Assembly (NCBI GenBank): GCA_041687575.1
Contig: JAWLBS010000001.1
Span: forward strand, 2,700 to 66,699
DNA length: 64,000 nucleotides
Source of the DNA: Phycisphaerae bacterium
GTDB lineage: Bacteria > Planctomycetota > Phycisphaerae > UBA1845 > JANYLN01
Reading direction: 5' to 3'
Both the position numbers and the translations under genes were made by a program. Below are positions 17,770-27,004 of the stretch, piece by piece (position 1 is the stretch's first letter; the number at the start of each line of letters is the position of its first letter). A model generated the notes under the pieces. The model made no database searches. It was not told the origin of the DNA and was given only the letters and a program-made list of their open reading frames with translations.

Positions 17770-19305
17770 ATGAGAACCGGACGGACGACGAAATTTGCCG
17801 CATGTACGATCGCCATCGCATTGTTCGGCGCCTCGGCGGGCGTCTACGGGCAGCAGGATCAGCAACAGCAGCGTTCTGCCAAGGGACCGCTGACCCCGCA
17901 GCAGCGGAATCTGCTCTCCCAGCTGAGCGACGCGATCCACGCGACCGCCGAGAGCGTCGAAAACAGCGTCGTGCACATCGAAACCACCAGCGTGAGCGAA
18001 TCGCCGCTGAGGCGGCAGATGCCCGGCGGTCAGGAGTTGCCCGAGGACCTGCGGGAGCAGCTGCGGCGGTTCTTCGGCGACCAGATGCCCCAGCAGCCCC
18101 GCGAGCAGGTCCGCCGAGGGCTCGGCAGCGGCATCGTCTTTGACAGGCAGGGGCACATCCTGACGAACAACCACGTGGTTGCCGAAGCCGAGCGCATCCG
18201 GGTGCTCTCCACCGACGGTCGTCCCTACATCGCCGAGGTCGTCGGCTCCGACCCGCTGACCGACGTGGCGGTGATCAAGATCACGGGCAAGTCCGTGGAC
18301 CTGCCGCCGGCGCGGTTCGGGGATTCGAGCAAGGTCCGTGTCGGCGACCTGGTGCTGGCGGTCGGCAACCCGTTCGGGCTCGACTACTCGGTGACGATGG
18401 GCATCATCAGCGCCATGGGACGCAGCGGCCTGCAACTGGGGAGCATCTACTACCAGGACTTCCTGCAGACCGATGCGGCGATCAACCCGGGCAATTCCGG
18501 CGGGCCGCTGGTCAACATGGAGGGCGAGGTGATCGGGCTGAACACCGCAATCGCCACCCAGACCGGCCAGTACGCCGGCGTGGGCTTTGCGATCCCGTCG
18601 GACCTGGCCACGCGGATCGCCCGGGTCCTGATCGAAAAGGGCGAGGTGACCCGCGGCTGGCTGGGCGTTTCCATCGAGGAGCTCACGCCGGGGCTGGCGC
18701 AATCCTTCGATTTCCCGGCCGAGCGGACGGGCGTGCTCGTCCAGGACGTCGTGCCCAATTCGCCTGCGGCCAAGGCAGGCTTTAAGAGCGGCGACATCAT
18801 AATGGCCGTCGACGGCAGCGAAGTTCGCACCCCCTCGCAGCTGCAGACCATCGTCACGCTCACCCCGCCGGGGCAGGAGGTGACCTTCAGCGTCTGGCGG
18901 GACGGCGAAGAGATGGAACTGACGGCCACGCTCGAACAGCTCAAGAGGGAATACCTTCGTGGCATGGGCGAGAACGGTGCGCCCGGCGAGCCCGGCACGC
19001 CTTCGGAGTACCAGTCCGAGGAACTCGGCATGACGGCCGTCACGCCGACCGCGGCTGTTGCCGAGAAGTTCGGGTGGACCGAAACGCCCAAGGGTGCCCT
19101 GGTGACCGAAGTCGAAGGGGCAGGCGAAGCGGCGAGCCTGGGCATCCGGCCGGGCGACGTGATCGTGCGGGTGCAGAACCAGCCGATCGAGTCGGCCCGT
19201 GACTTGCGGCAGGCGATGGGGGAGGTCTCGCTCGCCGACGGCTTCCGGATGTACATCCGCAACCCGCGGGCGGGTGGCCGGTACGTCTACGTGCAGCGGG
19301 GCTGA
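17770..19305 (+). CDS. htrA: HtrA/DegP-family periplasmic serine protease with two PDZ domains
   Basis: Signal peptide. Catalytic triad contexts TNNHVV, DVAVIKI, GNSGGPLVN. Two PDZ-like segments follow. Confidence 0.9.
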   Translation: MRTGRTTKFAACTIAIALFGASAGVYGQQDQQQQRSAKGPLTPQQRNLLSQLSDAIHATAESVENSVVHIETTSVSESPLRRQMPGGQELPEDLREQLRRFFGDQMPQQPREQVRRGLGSGIVFDRQGHILTNNHVVAEAERIRVLSTDGRPYIAEVVGSDPLTDVAVIKITGKSVDLPPARFGDSSKVRVGDLVLAVGNPFGLDYSVTMGIISAMGRSGLQLGSIYYQDFLQTDAAINPGNSGGPLVNMEGEVIGLNTAIATQTGQYAGVGFAIPSDLATRIARVLIEKGEVTRGWLGVSIEELTPGLAQSFDFPAERTGVLVQDVVPNSPAAKAGFKSGDIIMAVDGSEVRTPSQLQTIVTLTPPGQEVTFSVWRDGEEMELTATLEQLKREYLRGMGENGAPGEPGTPSEYQSEELGMTAVTPTAAVAEKFGWTETPKGALVTEVEGAGEAASLGIRPGDVIVRVQNQPIESARDLRQAMGEVSLADGFRMYIRNPRAGGRYVYVQRG

Positions 19306-19342
19306 TCCGGCGGTCGCCCTCCAAGGCAGGCGCAAGAGAAAA

Positions 19343-19384
19343 GCGGGCCGGCATCCCTCGCGGTTGCCGGCCCGCCTTGTTTGT
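19343..19384 (+). terminator. intrinsic terminator after htrA
   Basis: GCGGGCCGGCA (19343-19353) pairs with TGCCGGCCCGC (19365-19375), followed by CTTGTTTGT. Confidence 0.6.
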
Positions 19385-19601
19385 AAAGGTTGTCCGTTGC
19401 GGTGCGATTCTAAAGGCACTTTGGTGTGTCCGTACCCTTAGCCGGTTTCGAAGCCATTCCGTCAACGGACACTACATTTGTAGCCGCCCGACGCGAAAAT
19501 GCAAGCCTTTCGGTGACTTAGGTCATCCGGGCTCGCAGCGCCGCCGGGGGCTGTCATTGTGAGCCCAGCGCCCCGCTCAGGATGACGGCCGCGTGCCCCT
19601 G

Positions 19602-19630
19602 TTGGCTGGACGGCGGCCGGCTGATATACT
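19602..19630 (+). promoter_or_regulatory. sigma70-type promoter upstream of the PIN-TRAM gene
   Basis: TTGGCT (19602-19607), 17 nt, TATACT (19625-19630), with TG at 19622-19623 (extended -10). Confidence 0.45.
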
Positions 19631-19756
19631 CACCCCTGACGGTGCCCGGTTCATCGGATGTTTCGGGCCGGCCCGGCGTGTGCCGCAGCCTGCGGTCGCG
19701 GGCTCGCATCGCATTTCGAGACGGGCCTTAAGAATGTCCGGGCACAGGAGAAGACC

Positions 19757-20899
19757 ATGCTGCTGTACGCCGTACGATTCCTGTTTACGGTGCTGGTCCT
19801 GGCGCTGACCTGGACCTACATCATCGAAGCCGGCATCACCGAGGGCATCGTGCCGCTGTGGCTGGTCAGCGGCAGCATCAGCCTGTCAGTCATCATCATC
19901 CTGATCGAGTGGCTCTTGCCCCGCAAGAGCCTGCGCGTGCTTGGGGGGCTGTTCTTCGGCCTGCTGATGGGCATGGTGATCGGCTATGCGCTCAGCCTGG
20001 TGGTCGACCTGATCGACGAGACGATGGTCCCGCAGGAGTGGCGGCTGGGCCGGCCATCGGCCCTGTTCCTGACGATCAAGATGCTCCTGGGCCTGATCAG
20101 CGTCTACTTCTGCATCAGCTTCGTCCTGCAGACCAAGGACGATATCCGGTTCATCATCCCCTACGTCGAGTTCAGCCGGCAGACCAAGGGCACCCGCCCG
20201 GTCCTGCTGGATACCTCGACGATCATCGACGGCCGGATCGCCGACGTGTGCGGCACGGGGGTGCTGGATGCCCCGCTGATCGTGCCGCGGTTCGTGCTGC
20301 ACGAGTTGCAGGCCGTCGCCGACAGCGGGGATCGCCTGAAGCGCAATCGCGGCCGCCGCGGCCTGGACATCCTCAACCAGATGCAGCGCGACAGCAAAAT
20401 CGACATCGACATCATGGAGCCCCGCTGGCGAAGCGGTCAGCAGAACGAGGACGTCGACCAGAAGCTGATCTCGATGGCCCTGGAGCTCGAGGGGCGGATC
20501 ATGACCAGCGACTTCAATCTGGCCAAGGTCGCGCAGCTGCGCGGCGTGCAGGTCATCAACCTCAACGACGTCGGCAACGCCCTGCGCCCGGTGGTCCTGC
20601 CCGGCGAGACCCTCGCCGTCAGGGTCATCCGCCACGGAGAGGAGCCGACCCAGGGCGTGGGCTACCTCGACGACGGCACGATGGTTGTAATCGAGGGCGG
20701 GCGCGACAAGATCGGCCAGGAAGTCAACATCGTCATCACCAGCGGACTGCAGACCTCGGCCGGCCGAATGCTCTTCGGGCGGGTCGGCGGGCCGCAGCCG
20801 GCGCGGGGGCAGCGGAACCGGGGGCCGACGCCGGCCGCGGCCGTGCAGACCCTGGACGGCACCGACGAGTCGAGCGAAGGCTCGTCGGCTCGGGGATGA
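19757..20899 (+). CDS. membrane-anchored PIN and TRAM domain protein (YacL-like)
   Basis: AGGAGA SD before ATG 19757. Four N-terminal TM helices. PIN core LLDTSTIIDGR ... DQKLISMALEL, then a C-terminal TRAM-like beta domain (GETLAVRVIRHGEEPTQGVGYLDDGTMVVIEGG). Confidence 0.75.
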   Translation: MLLYAVRFLFTVLVLALTWTYIIEAGITEGIVPLWLVSGSISLSVIIILIEWLLPRKSLRVLGGLFFGLLMGMVIGYALSLVVDLIDETMVPQEWRLGRPSALFLTIKMLLGLISVYFCISFVLQTKDDIRFIIPYVEFSRQTKGTRPVLLDTSTIIDGRIADVCGTGVLDAPLIVPRFVLHELQAVADSGDRLKRNRGRRGLDILNQMQRDSKIDIDIMEPRWRSGQQNEDVDQKLISMALELEGRIMTSDFNLAKVAQLRGVQVINLNDVGNALRPVVLPGETLAVRVIRHGEEPTQGVGYLDDGTMVVIEGGRDKIGQEVNIVITSGLQTSAGRMLFGRVGGPQPARGQRNRGPTPAAAVQTLDGTDESSEGSSARG

Positions 20900-21035
20900 T
20901 CTGCGTGGTCAATTCGAGCAGAGGCTGCCTGTCCACGTGGGCGTTTGCCGCGTGCCGACCCGCGCGTTGCCCGCCCGGCTCGTGCTCCAGAAGCTCTCGA
21001 CATCATCGGCGGTCTGCCTGGCTGGCCTGCTCCAG

Positions 21036-21067
21036 TAAAAAGGCCGGTCATCAGACCGGCCTTTTTA
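21036..21067. terminator. bidirectional intrinsic terminator
   Basis: AAAAAGGCCGGTcatcagACCGGCCTTTTT: 7-8 bp GC stem flanked by an A-run and a T-run. Lies between the PIN-TRAM gene and the 3' end of tRNA-Pro. Confidence 0.65.
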
Positions 21068-21068
21068 C

Positions 21069-21143
21069 TCGGGGCGACTGGATTCGAACCAGCGACCTCT
21101 TGACCCCCAGTCAAGCGCGCTAACCAGGCTGCGCCACGCCCCG
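21069..21143 (-). tRNA. tRNA-Pro (anticodon GGG)
   Basis: Hand-folded cloverleaf: acceptor CGGGGCG/CGCCCCG, D stem GCGC/GCGC, anticodon stem CTTGA/TCAAG with loop CTGGGGG, T arm GCTGG-TTCGAAT-CCAGT. No encoded CCA. Confidence 0.9.
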
Positions 21144-21155
21144 GAACTTCCCGTC

Positions 21156-21185
21156 AGTCTACGGCCTTGTGCCGCTCGATGTCAA
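21156..21185 (-). promoter_or_regulatory. sigma70-type promoter of tRNA-Pro
   Basis: Minus strand: TTGACA (21185-21180), 18 nt, TAGACT (21161-21156). This is 12 nt upstream of the tRNA 5' end. Confidence 0.55.
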
Positions 21186-21659
21186 CTCTGTCGGATGAAT
21201 CGACCGCCGTTCCATCGCCGTCACCCTCGGCCCCGATACCACCTGCATCTCGGCTCCCGACGAGACCTGCCGGCGACGCACACCCCGCGCGGTCGTCAGA
21301 TCCGGCCGCAGGCATCTCATCCACGACTGTCTGAGCTGCAAGCAGATCGATCCGCTTGCCCTGTCCAGGTCATCGTCCTGCCGGTCGCGGCAGCCGGCCC
21401 TGCCGCCATCGGCCAGACCGCAGTATCAGTCCGCCCGAACTCCGCAAAGGATTGGCGTCTGGCCGCAGCGGCCAAACGGGCGTCCCGGAGCATCCCACTG
21501 CAGACAGATGGGCCGGGTTTGGGCTCGACCGTCGAAGCTGTCCGACCGATGGTTCTTCCGACCGAAAATTGGTACGATACACTATCTGAAGCGGTCCGGG
21601 CCGGTTGCGATGCCGCTGCCGGCAGGATCGGACAACAGGAATCGGCCGGCTGCCAAAGC

Positions 21660-22349
21660 ATGAAGCGCGATAAACCTGCCGTACAATCCGCCCGCCAGCC
21701 CCCCGGCAGGCTCTACCTGCCGGTCAAGCGGACCCTCGACCTGCTCGTGTCGCTGGTCCTGATGGTCCTGCTCGCGCCCCTGATGGTCCTGCTCGCCGTC
21801 GCCATCCGCCTCGAATCGTGCGGACCGGCGATCTTTCGCCAGGAGCGGGCCGGCCAGGGTCTTCAGCCGTTCATCTGCTATAAGTTCCGGACGATGCGCG
21901 TCGACGTCGACCCCTACGGCGCCAGCCCCCACAGCCGCAGCGACCCCCGCATCACCCGCGTCGGCCGGCTGCTCCGCGAGACCAGCCTCGACGAACTGCC
22001 CCAGCTGCTTAACGTGCTAAGGGGCGAGATGAGCCTCGTCGGCCCCCGGCCCCTCTACGTCCGCCAGGCCGCCGAGTGGACCCCCCGCCAGCGCCGCCGC
22101 CTCGAGGTCAAACCCGGCCTGACCGGCATGGCCCAGGTCGCCGGCCGCGGGGCCCTGACCATCGAAGACAAACTCGAACTCGACGTGCGCTACGTCGAGC
22201 AGGCATCGCTGTGGACCGATTGCCGGTTGATCTGGGCAACCGCGCGCTCCCTGCTCAGTTCCCGGGACATCTACGAAAAACAGTATTCGCGCCAGGCCGA
22301 CGTCGAGCCTGACGCCGTCCTCCGACAACAGGAGCAGCACAGGCAGTGA
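21660..22349 (+). CDS. small (PglC/WbaP C-terminal type) phosphoglycosyl / sugar transferase
   Basis: Start at MKRDKP (ATG 21660). Re-entrant helix [27 protein letters not shown] and [21 protein letters not shown] signatures of the bacterial sugar transferase family. The upstream part of ORF 21195 has no support. Confidence 0.8.
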   Translation: MKRDKPAVQSARQPPGRLYLPVKRTLDLLVSLVLMVLLAPLMVLLAVAIRLESCGPAIFRQERAGQGLQPFICYKFRTMRVDVDPYGASPHSRSDPRITRVGRLLRETSLDELPQLLNVLRGEMSLVGPRPLYVRQAAEWTPRQRRRLEVKPGLTGMAQVAGRGALTIEDKLELDVRYVEQASLWTDCRLIWATARSLLSSRDIYEKQYSRQADVEPDAVLRQQEQHRQ

Positions 22350-23476
22350 AGCCGGACAGACTTGTCATCGCCTTTACATGCACCGGCCGGCGCGTTCAAC
22401 TCGTCCGGCATTTCCGGCGGGCCTGCGCCCGGCTCGGCGTCGAGCCCTTCCTGCTCGGCCTGGACTCCCAGCCGGCCCTCGCCCCGGCCACCTACTACTG
22501 CGACCAGAGCCTGACCGTCCCAGCCGGCGGCGAAAAAGGCTTCAGCGAGGCCGTACTCGATATCGTCCAGCAGCGCCGCGTCGACCTGCTCGTCCCCCTG
22601 GCCGACCCCGACCTGGTCCCGCTGGCGGCGATCCGACCCCAGCTTGTGCAGGCCGGCTGTTTGCCCGCCTTCGGCACGATGCGAACCACCGACATCTCCC
22701 GCGACAAGCTGCGGACCTGCCGCTTCTTCAGCGAGATCGGCCTGGCGACGCCCCGCACCTGCCTGCTGCCGGAGGCCATGGCCGACAGTCGCCAGCCCCT
22801 GCCTGCCTTCGTCAAGCCCCGCGGCGGCTCGGCCGGCAAGCACGCCTTCGCCGTCGAGGCGTGGGACATGCTGCCCGGCTGGATTACCGCCCGCGGCGAC
22901 GATTTCGTCGTCCAGGAGCTGCTGGACGGCCAGGAGGTCACGGTCGACGTCTTCATCGCCCCCGACGGGCGGCCCCGCTGTGCCGTGCCCCGCCTGCGCA
23001 TTGAGGTTCGCGGCGGCGAGGTCACCAAGTCGCAGGTCCGCCTGGACCCCGAGGTCATGCGGCAGGCCGAGCAGATCGCCGCGGCCCTGCCGGACGCCTT
23101 CGGCGTGATCAACATCCAGGGCTTCATCCGCTCCGACGGCACCATCGGCTGGACCGAGATCAACCCCCGCTTCGGCGGCGGCAGTCCCCTGTCGATCGAG
23201 GCCGGCGCCGACCTGCCCGCCTGGCTGGTCAGCCTTGCCCTGGGTCGCCAGCCGGATTACGACGTGCCGATCCGCGACGGCATGACCATGCTGCGCTTCG
23301 ACGACGCCGTCTACCTCAACGGCCACGGCACCATCGACTACGGCACCGACGCGGCCACCGCCGGCAGCCTTCGCCAGCCGACCGCCGCCGACAACGCGTC
23401 GATCCAGACCGCCGCCGACGAGCCTTCCGCTGCCGTCTGCTCGCCTGCCAGTCAGCCGCCCGAGGCGAAGTCATGA
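22346..23476 (+). CDS. ATP-grasp domain ligase
   Basis: GTG 22346 overlaps the upstream stop (GTGA). ATP-grasp pattern: FVKPRGGSAGKH, VVQELLDGQEVTVDVF, EINPRFGGG. Confidence 0.75.
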   Translation: MKPDRLVIAFTCTGRRVQLVRHFRRACARLGVEPFLLGLDSQPALAPATYYCDQSLTVPAGGEKGFSEAVLDIVQQRRVDLLVPLADPDLVPLAAIRPQLVQAGCLPAFGTMRTTDISRDKLRTCRFFSEIGLATPRTCLLPEAMADSRQPLPAFVKPRGGSAGKHAFAVEAWDMLPGWITARGDDFVVQELLDGQEVTVDVFIAPDGRPRCAVPRLRIEVRGGEVTKSQVRLDPEVMRQAEQIAAALPDAFGVINIQGFIRSDGTIGWTEINPRFGGGSPLSIEAGADLPAWLVSLALGRQPDYDVPIRDGMTMLRFDDAVYLNGHGTIDYGTDAATAGSLRQPTAADNASIQTAADEPSAAVCSPASQPPEAKS

Positions 23477-24198
23477 CCGGCGCCGCACCCGGAGACATCC
23501 CCGTCCTGGCTGCCAGCGGCTCCCTCGTCGCCTTCGACATGGACGACACGCTCTACGGCGAGATCGACTACGTCCGCTCCGGCTTTGCCGCCGTCGCCAG
23601 CTATTTGGCTGATCGTCTTGCCGGCCCGTCCGCCGACTCGATTCGCCAGCGGATGTGGCATCACTTTCACCATGGCGACCGCCGCAAGGTCTTCAATACC
23701 GTGTTGGCCGAACTCAGCGCCCCGGCTGGCGTGACGGTCGAATCGCTGGTCGAGTGCTACCGCCTCCACACCCCGGCGATCCGGCTGCGACCGGAGGCCG
23801 AGTCGGTCCTGAACTCGCTGCGAGTCGCCGGCGCCCGGCTGGCGGTCGTGACCGACGGCCCACTCTGCCAGCAGCAGCCAAAGGCCAACGCCCTCGACTT
23901 GGCCCGACACGTCGACGAGATCGTTTTCACCGACGCCCTGGGTCTCGGCTGCAGCAAACCCTCGCCAGCCGCTTTCGAACACCTGATGCAGCGCTTCGCT
24001 CTGTCCGGCGGCCGCTGCGCGTACGTGGCCGACAACCCCCGCAAGGATTTCGTCGCCCCGCGCCGCCTCGGCTGGCTCGCCCTGCAGTACCTGCCCGACG
24101 AGGGCATCTACTGCCGCGAGCAGCCCCCGCCCGGCGGCCAGCCCCACGCCATCATCCACGACCTGCGCGACGTCCTGCAGTACATCCGCCTGGCGTGA
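23473..24198 (+). CDS. HAD-superfamily hydrolase (phosphatase-like)
   Basis: ATG 23473 overlaps the upstream stop (ATGA). Motif I VAFDMDDTLY (DxDxT), VVTDGP, and a later YVADNPRKD-type motif. Confidence 0.75.
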   Translation: MTGAAPGDIPVLAASGSLVAFDMDDTLYGEIDYVRSGFAAVASYLADRLAGPSADSIRQRMWHHFHHGDRRKVFNTVLAELSAPAGVTVESLVECYRLHTPAIRLRPEAESVLNSLRVAGARLAVVTDGPLCQQQPKANALDLARHVDEIVFTDALGLGCSKPSPAAFEHLMQRFALSGGRCAYVADNPRKDFVAPRRLGWLALQYLPDEGIYCREQPPPGGQPHAIIHDLRDVLQYIRLA

Positions 24199-24210
24199 CA
24201 CGCAACCACC

Positions 24211-25104
24211 TCACCCCCGCCTCAACTGCCCCAGCGCAATCCCCTGCTCCCCCGCCACCGAGTACAGCAACCACGCATCATCCCCCTCCACGAACACGGA
24301 AGGGTCCCGCAGCTGACAAACCGCCCCCGAAACCGCCCCCGCCCGCGACGCCTCCACCGGCAGCAGGCCCCCTTCGTACTCCGCCTCCGGCGCCAGCACC
24401 AGCGACTCAACCCCTGGCTGCCACTGGCGCCAGTCCCCCGTCATCGCCATCCGCGCAACAAGCACGCTCTCGGGCGCATCCCCGATCCGCGTAAAGAATA
24501 CCCACAGATCATCCCCCTCCACCAGCACTGCCGCATGACGCATCCGCGGGATGATCGCCGGCCCCCGCTCAAAGGGCGTAAACCCGTCCCGGCTGCGCAG
24601 CATCACGCCGCTTTCGTTGAGGTCCTTGGCGATCGCGTAGTGCCACCCGTTGTGTTGCCATACACGAAAGTAGAACGGCCCCAGCACCGCCGGCGAGGCG
24701 ACGAAACGCAGCCCGTCCGCCGATGTCGCCACGTAACTCACCTGCGGCGGCTGGCCGTCCTGCTTGCCGTGGAAGTACATCCGGATCTGCCGGCGGTCCT
24801 CATCAATGTGCACGTCCGGCGAGGCGATGTGCCCGAGCGCCGCCGTCTGCTCCAGCCGCAGCGCGCCGGGGGCGTGGATCGTCCACGGTCCCTCGACCGC
24901 GTCGGCGTATGCCAGCCGGATATACTTGCCGCCGTGATGCGCAAAGTACAGGTAGTACCGCCCCAGCGGCTCGGCGATCCACGCCGGCACCCGGATCAGC
25001 GACGGCCCGTTGATGTTGGCCGCCTCCTCGCCCGAAAGCCCCGGCATGTCTGGCCGGATGATCGGGTTGGCGGGGTGACGACTGACCTGCCAGACAGTGT
25101 CCAT
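24211..25104 (-). CDS. beta-propeller glycoside-hydrolase-like protein (GH43-clan-like)
   Basis: 297 aa. Repeated blade-like segments (GRYYLYFAHHGG, IRMYFHG, DLWVFFTR, RDPSVFVEGDDAWLLYS). Weak family-level call. Start is 10 nt downstream of the esterase stop. Confidence 0.45.
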   Translation of the reverse strand: MDTVWQVSRHPANPIIRPDMPGLSGEEAANINGPSLIRVPAWIAEPLGRYYLYFAHHGGKYIRLAYADAVEGPWTIHAPGALRLEQTAALGHIASPDVHIDEDRRQIRMYFHGKQDGQPPQVSYVATSADGLRFVASPAVLGPFYFRVWQHNGWHYAIAKDLNESGVMLRSRDGFTPFERGPAIIPRMRHAAVLVEGDDLWVFFTRIGDAPESVLVARMAMTGDWRQWQPGVESLVLAPEAEYEGGLLPVEASRAGAVSGAVCQLRDPSVFVEGDDAWLLYSVAGEQGIALGQLRRG

Positions 25105-25114
25105 GCACTCACCG

Positions 25115-26623
25115 TTATCGCATCGCCGGCTGCGGACTGAGCACCTTGACCGTCGTCCAGGCCCGGTACTCGCGGCGGTCCTTCGTCTGCAGGATCACCC
25201 CGATCAGGTGGTCGCCCGGCGTGGTGATGATCCGCTGTCCCGTCGGGCCATTGTAGATCGGCTCGTCATTGTCGGTCCACAAGCAACTGGCGCCCTGCAG
25301 GATTTCCCGCGGGGCCTCCACGTCGAATGAGATGTACAGCGGGGCCAGGCCGATCCGCGGGTTGACCACCACCCGCACCGTGCCCGGTGCCTCGGGCGCT
25401 GCCGCCGTCGGTGTCGCTTGTGCCGCGCGCGGCGGTGTCTGGGCCCGCGCCTGCGTCGCGTCCCGGCTGGGCGGGTTGTTCGGGCTGACCACGCCCTGAC
25501 GCGGCTGATTGCCAGCCAGCAGCCGACCCGGGCGGGCGGAAGCGCCGCTGTCGGGGGCGGCACGACCCGCGTCGGCGACGGTCTGGCTGCCGGTTCCGGT
25601 CGGCACGGAACGGCCCGAGGTCATCCGCAGCAGCTCGTCAGCCGGGCTCCGCTGGGTGATAACCGGCTCGGTCGCGGGCAGGTCCTGGATGCCGGCGAAC
25701 TCGGCCGGCACCAGGCGGAGCTTCGCCAGGGTCTCTTGCGCCTTGGCCGGCCGGACCGGCAGGATCGGCGGCTTGCTGACCCGCGCGAAGAACGCCGCGG
25801 CCGTCTGCGGCGTCCGCTCGTGCCCCAGGCCGATCACGACCCGCCCGTCGACGAACCTGAAGCCCTGTTTCTTGTACCAGTTGATTGCTTCGGTCGATTC
25901 CCTGCGGCAGACGGCGAAGTCGTTCTCGCCGAAGAAGACTCCAATCGGCATGTCCCGGTAGTGCGGGATGTTGGCCGCATCCATGATCGGCGCCGAGAAG
26001 TTCGACTGCCGCGGGGCGAGGCAGGTGAACAGATGCGGATGGCGGTTGACCATGTAATGGGCCATGTACCCGCCGCTGCTCCAGCTGGTCGCCAGCACGC
26101 GGGTGCTGTCGGCCTGGGTGGTCCGGAAGACCTGCTCCATGATGTTCAGGACCGACTCTTCGTCCTTCTTGACGTAGCTGCGGACGTGCCGCAGCGGAAA
26201 TTCCATGAACAGATCGGACGTGCGCAGCTCCGGCGAGATTACGATCAGGCCGTAGTTATCGGCCTCATATTGCCACTCCTTGGCCTGGGCCGGCGCCGAG
26301 TCGAACGGCTTCATGCCGTGGAAGTTGACGACCACCGGCCAGCGGCGGTTGGGGTTGGCCTTGATGCCCTGGGCGTAGTCTTCCGGCAGGTACAGGTAGT
26401 ACCCACGGTTGGTCTGGGGGTCCCTCTTGTGGAAGAGCTCGCCGTTGCCCCGCGGCTGCGGGACCGCACAACCAGCCAGCAGGGCGGTCGCCATCACGAT
26501 ACCCAGCCGGCCCCATCCCGCTAACCGCGGTCCGCGGCGCGGGTTGCGACTCACGGCCGCATAGGCCGGGGCCACTCTGCGATCTTCTTTCATCCGATTC
26601 GTGTCTCGTTCTGTTTCGTGCAT
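25115..26623 (-). CDS. lipoprotein alpha/beta-hydrolase (PHB-depolymerase/esterase-like) with Pro-rich linker and C-terminal Ig-like domain
   Basis: Lipobox LLAGC after a basic N-terminus. YYLYLPEDY ... VVVNFHG ... ATSWSSGGYMAHY nucleophile-elbow-like motif. An alternative start at 26593 is possible. Confidence 0.6.
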   Translation of the reverse strand: MHETERDTNRMKEDRRVAPAYAAVSRNPRRGPRLAGWGRLGIVMATALLAGCAVPQPRGNGELFHKRDPQTNRGYYLYLPEDYAQGIKANPNRRWPVVVNFHGMKPFDSAPAQAKEWQYEADNYGLIVISPELRTSDLFMEFPLRHVRSYVKKDEESVLNIMEQVFRTTQADSTRVLATSWSSGGYMAHYMVNRHPHLFTCLAPRQSNFSAPIMDAANIPHYRDMPIGVFFGENDFAVCRRESTEAINWYKKQGFRFVDGRVVIGLGHERTPQTAAAFFARVSKPPILPVRPAKAQETLAKLRLVPAEFAGIQDLPATEPVITQRSPADELLRMTSGRSVPTGTGSQTVADAGRAAPDSGASARPGRLLAGNQPRQGVVSPNNPPSRDATQARAQTPPRAAQATPTAAAPEAPGTVRVVVNPRIGLAPLYISFDVEAPREILQGASCLWTDNDEPIYNGPTGQRIITTPGDHLIGVILQTKDRREYRAWTTVKVLSPQPAMR

Positions 26624-26944
26624 AGTGCGTCCATGGTCTGTGGTTGAATCCGGAGTCCAGCTATTGTACGGGATTCCGATAAAAAAGCAGCCGGGGCGGC
26701 GACATATTTGTTATCAGCATCCGGCGGGGCGAATCTATAGGGCCGCTAGTGCCAGGTCCGTATCGTACGACCGATCGGTGGCCACGGATCAGGCCCTCTC
26801 CGCCGAAGCGGGCGAATCCGGCGCGGTCGCGGGGCGCGAGGATGAAAATCCGGCGGGTCTTCGCAATCGCTGCAAATCCCGCCGGCGCGGCCGCCGGCGC
26901 GGCGCGGGTGGCAGCCACTCACAGGCAGCGGCCCGTCAGCCGCT

Positions 26945-26973
26945 TTGCCCGTTGCCGCACCGGCCGCTATCAT
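26945..26973 (+). promoter_or_regulatory. candidate sigma70-type promoter upstream of dnaE
   Basis: TTGCCC (26945-26950), 17 nt, TATCAT (26968-26973). This is 32 nt upstream of ATG 27005. Confidence 0.35.
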
Positions 26974-27004
26974 CGCAGGGAGTTCAGAAGAGGGATTCGC
27001 GACC

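Noticed and set aside
19757-20899. PIN-domain protein as a toxin of a toxin-antitoxin or defence system.
   Set aside because: The architecture (N-terminal TM helices plus PIN plus C-terminal TRAM, 380 aa) matches the widespread YacL-type housekeeping family. No small antitoxin-like ORF is adjacent.
21195-21659. 155-aa upstream extension of the sugar-transferase ORF.
   Set aside because: It has no similarity to the transferase family, which begins with the re-entrant helix right after MKRDKP. The extension would also start inside the tRNA-Pro promoter region.
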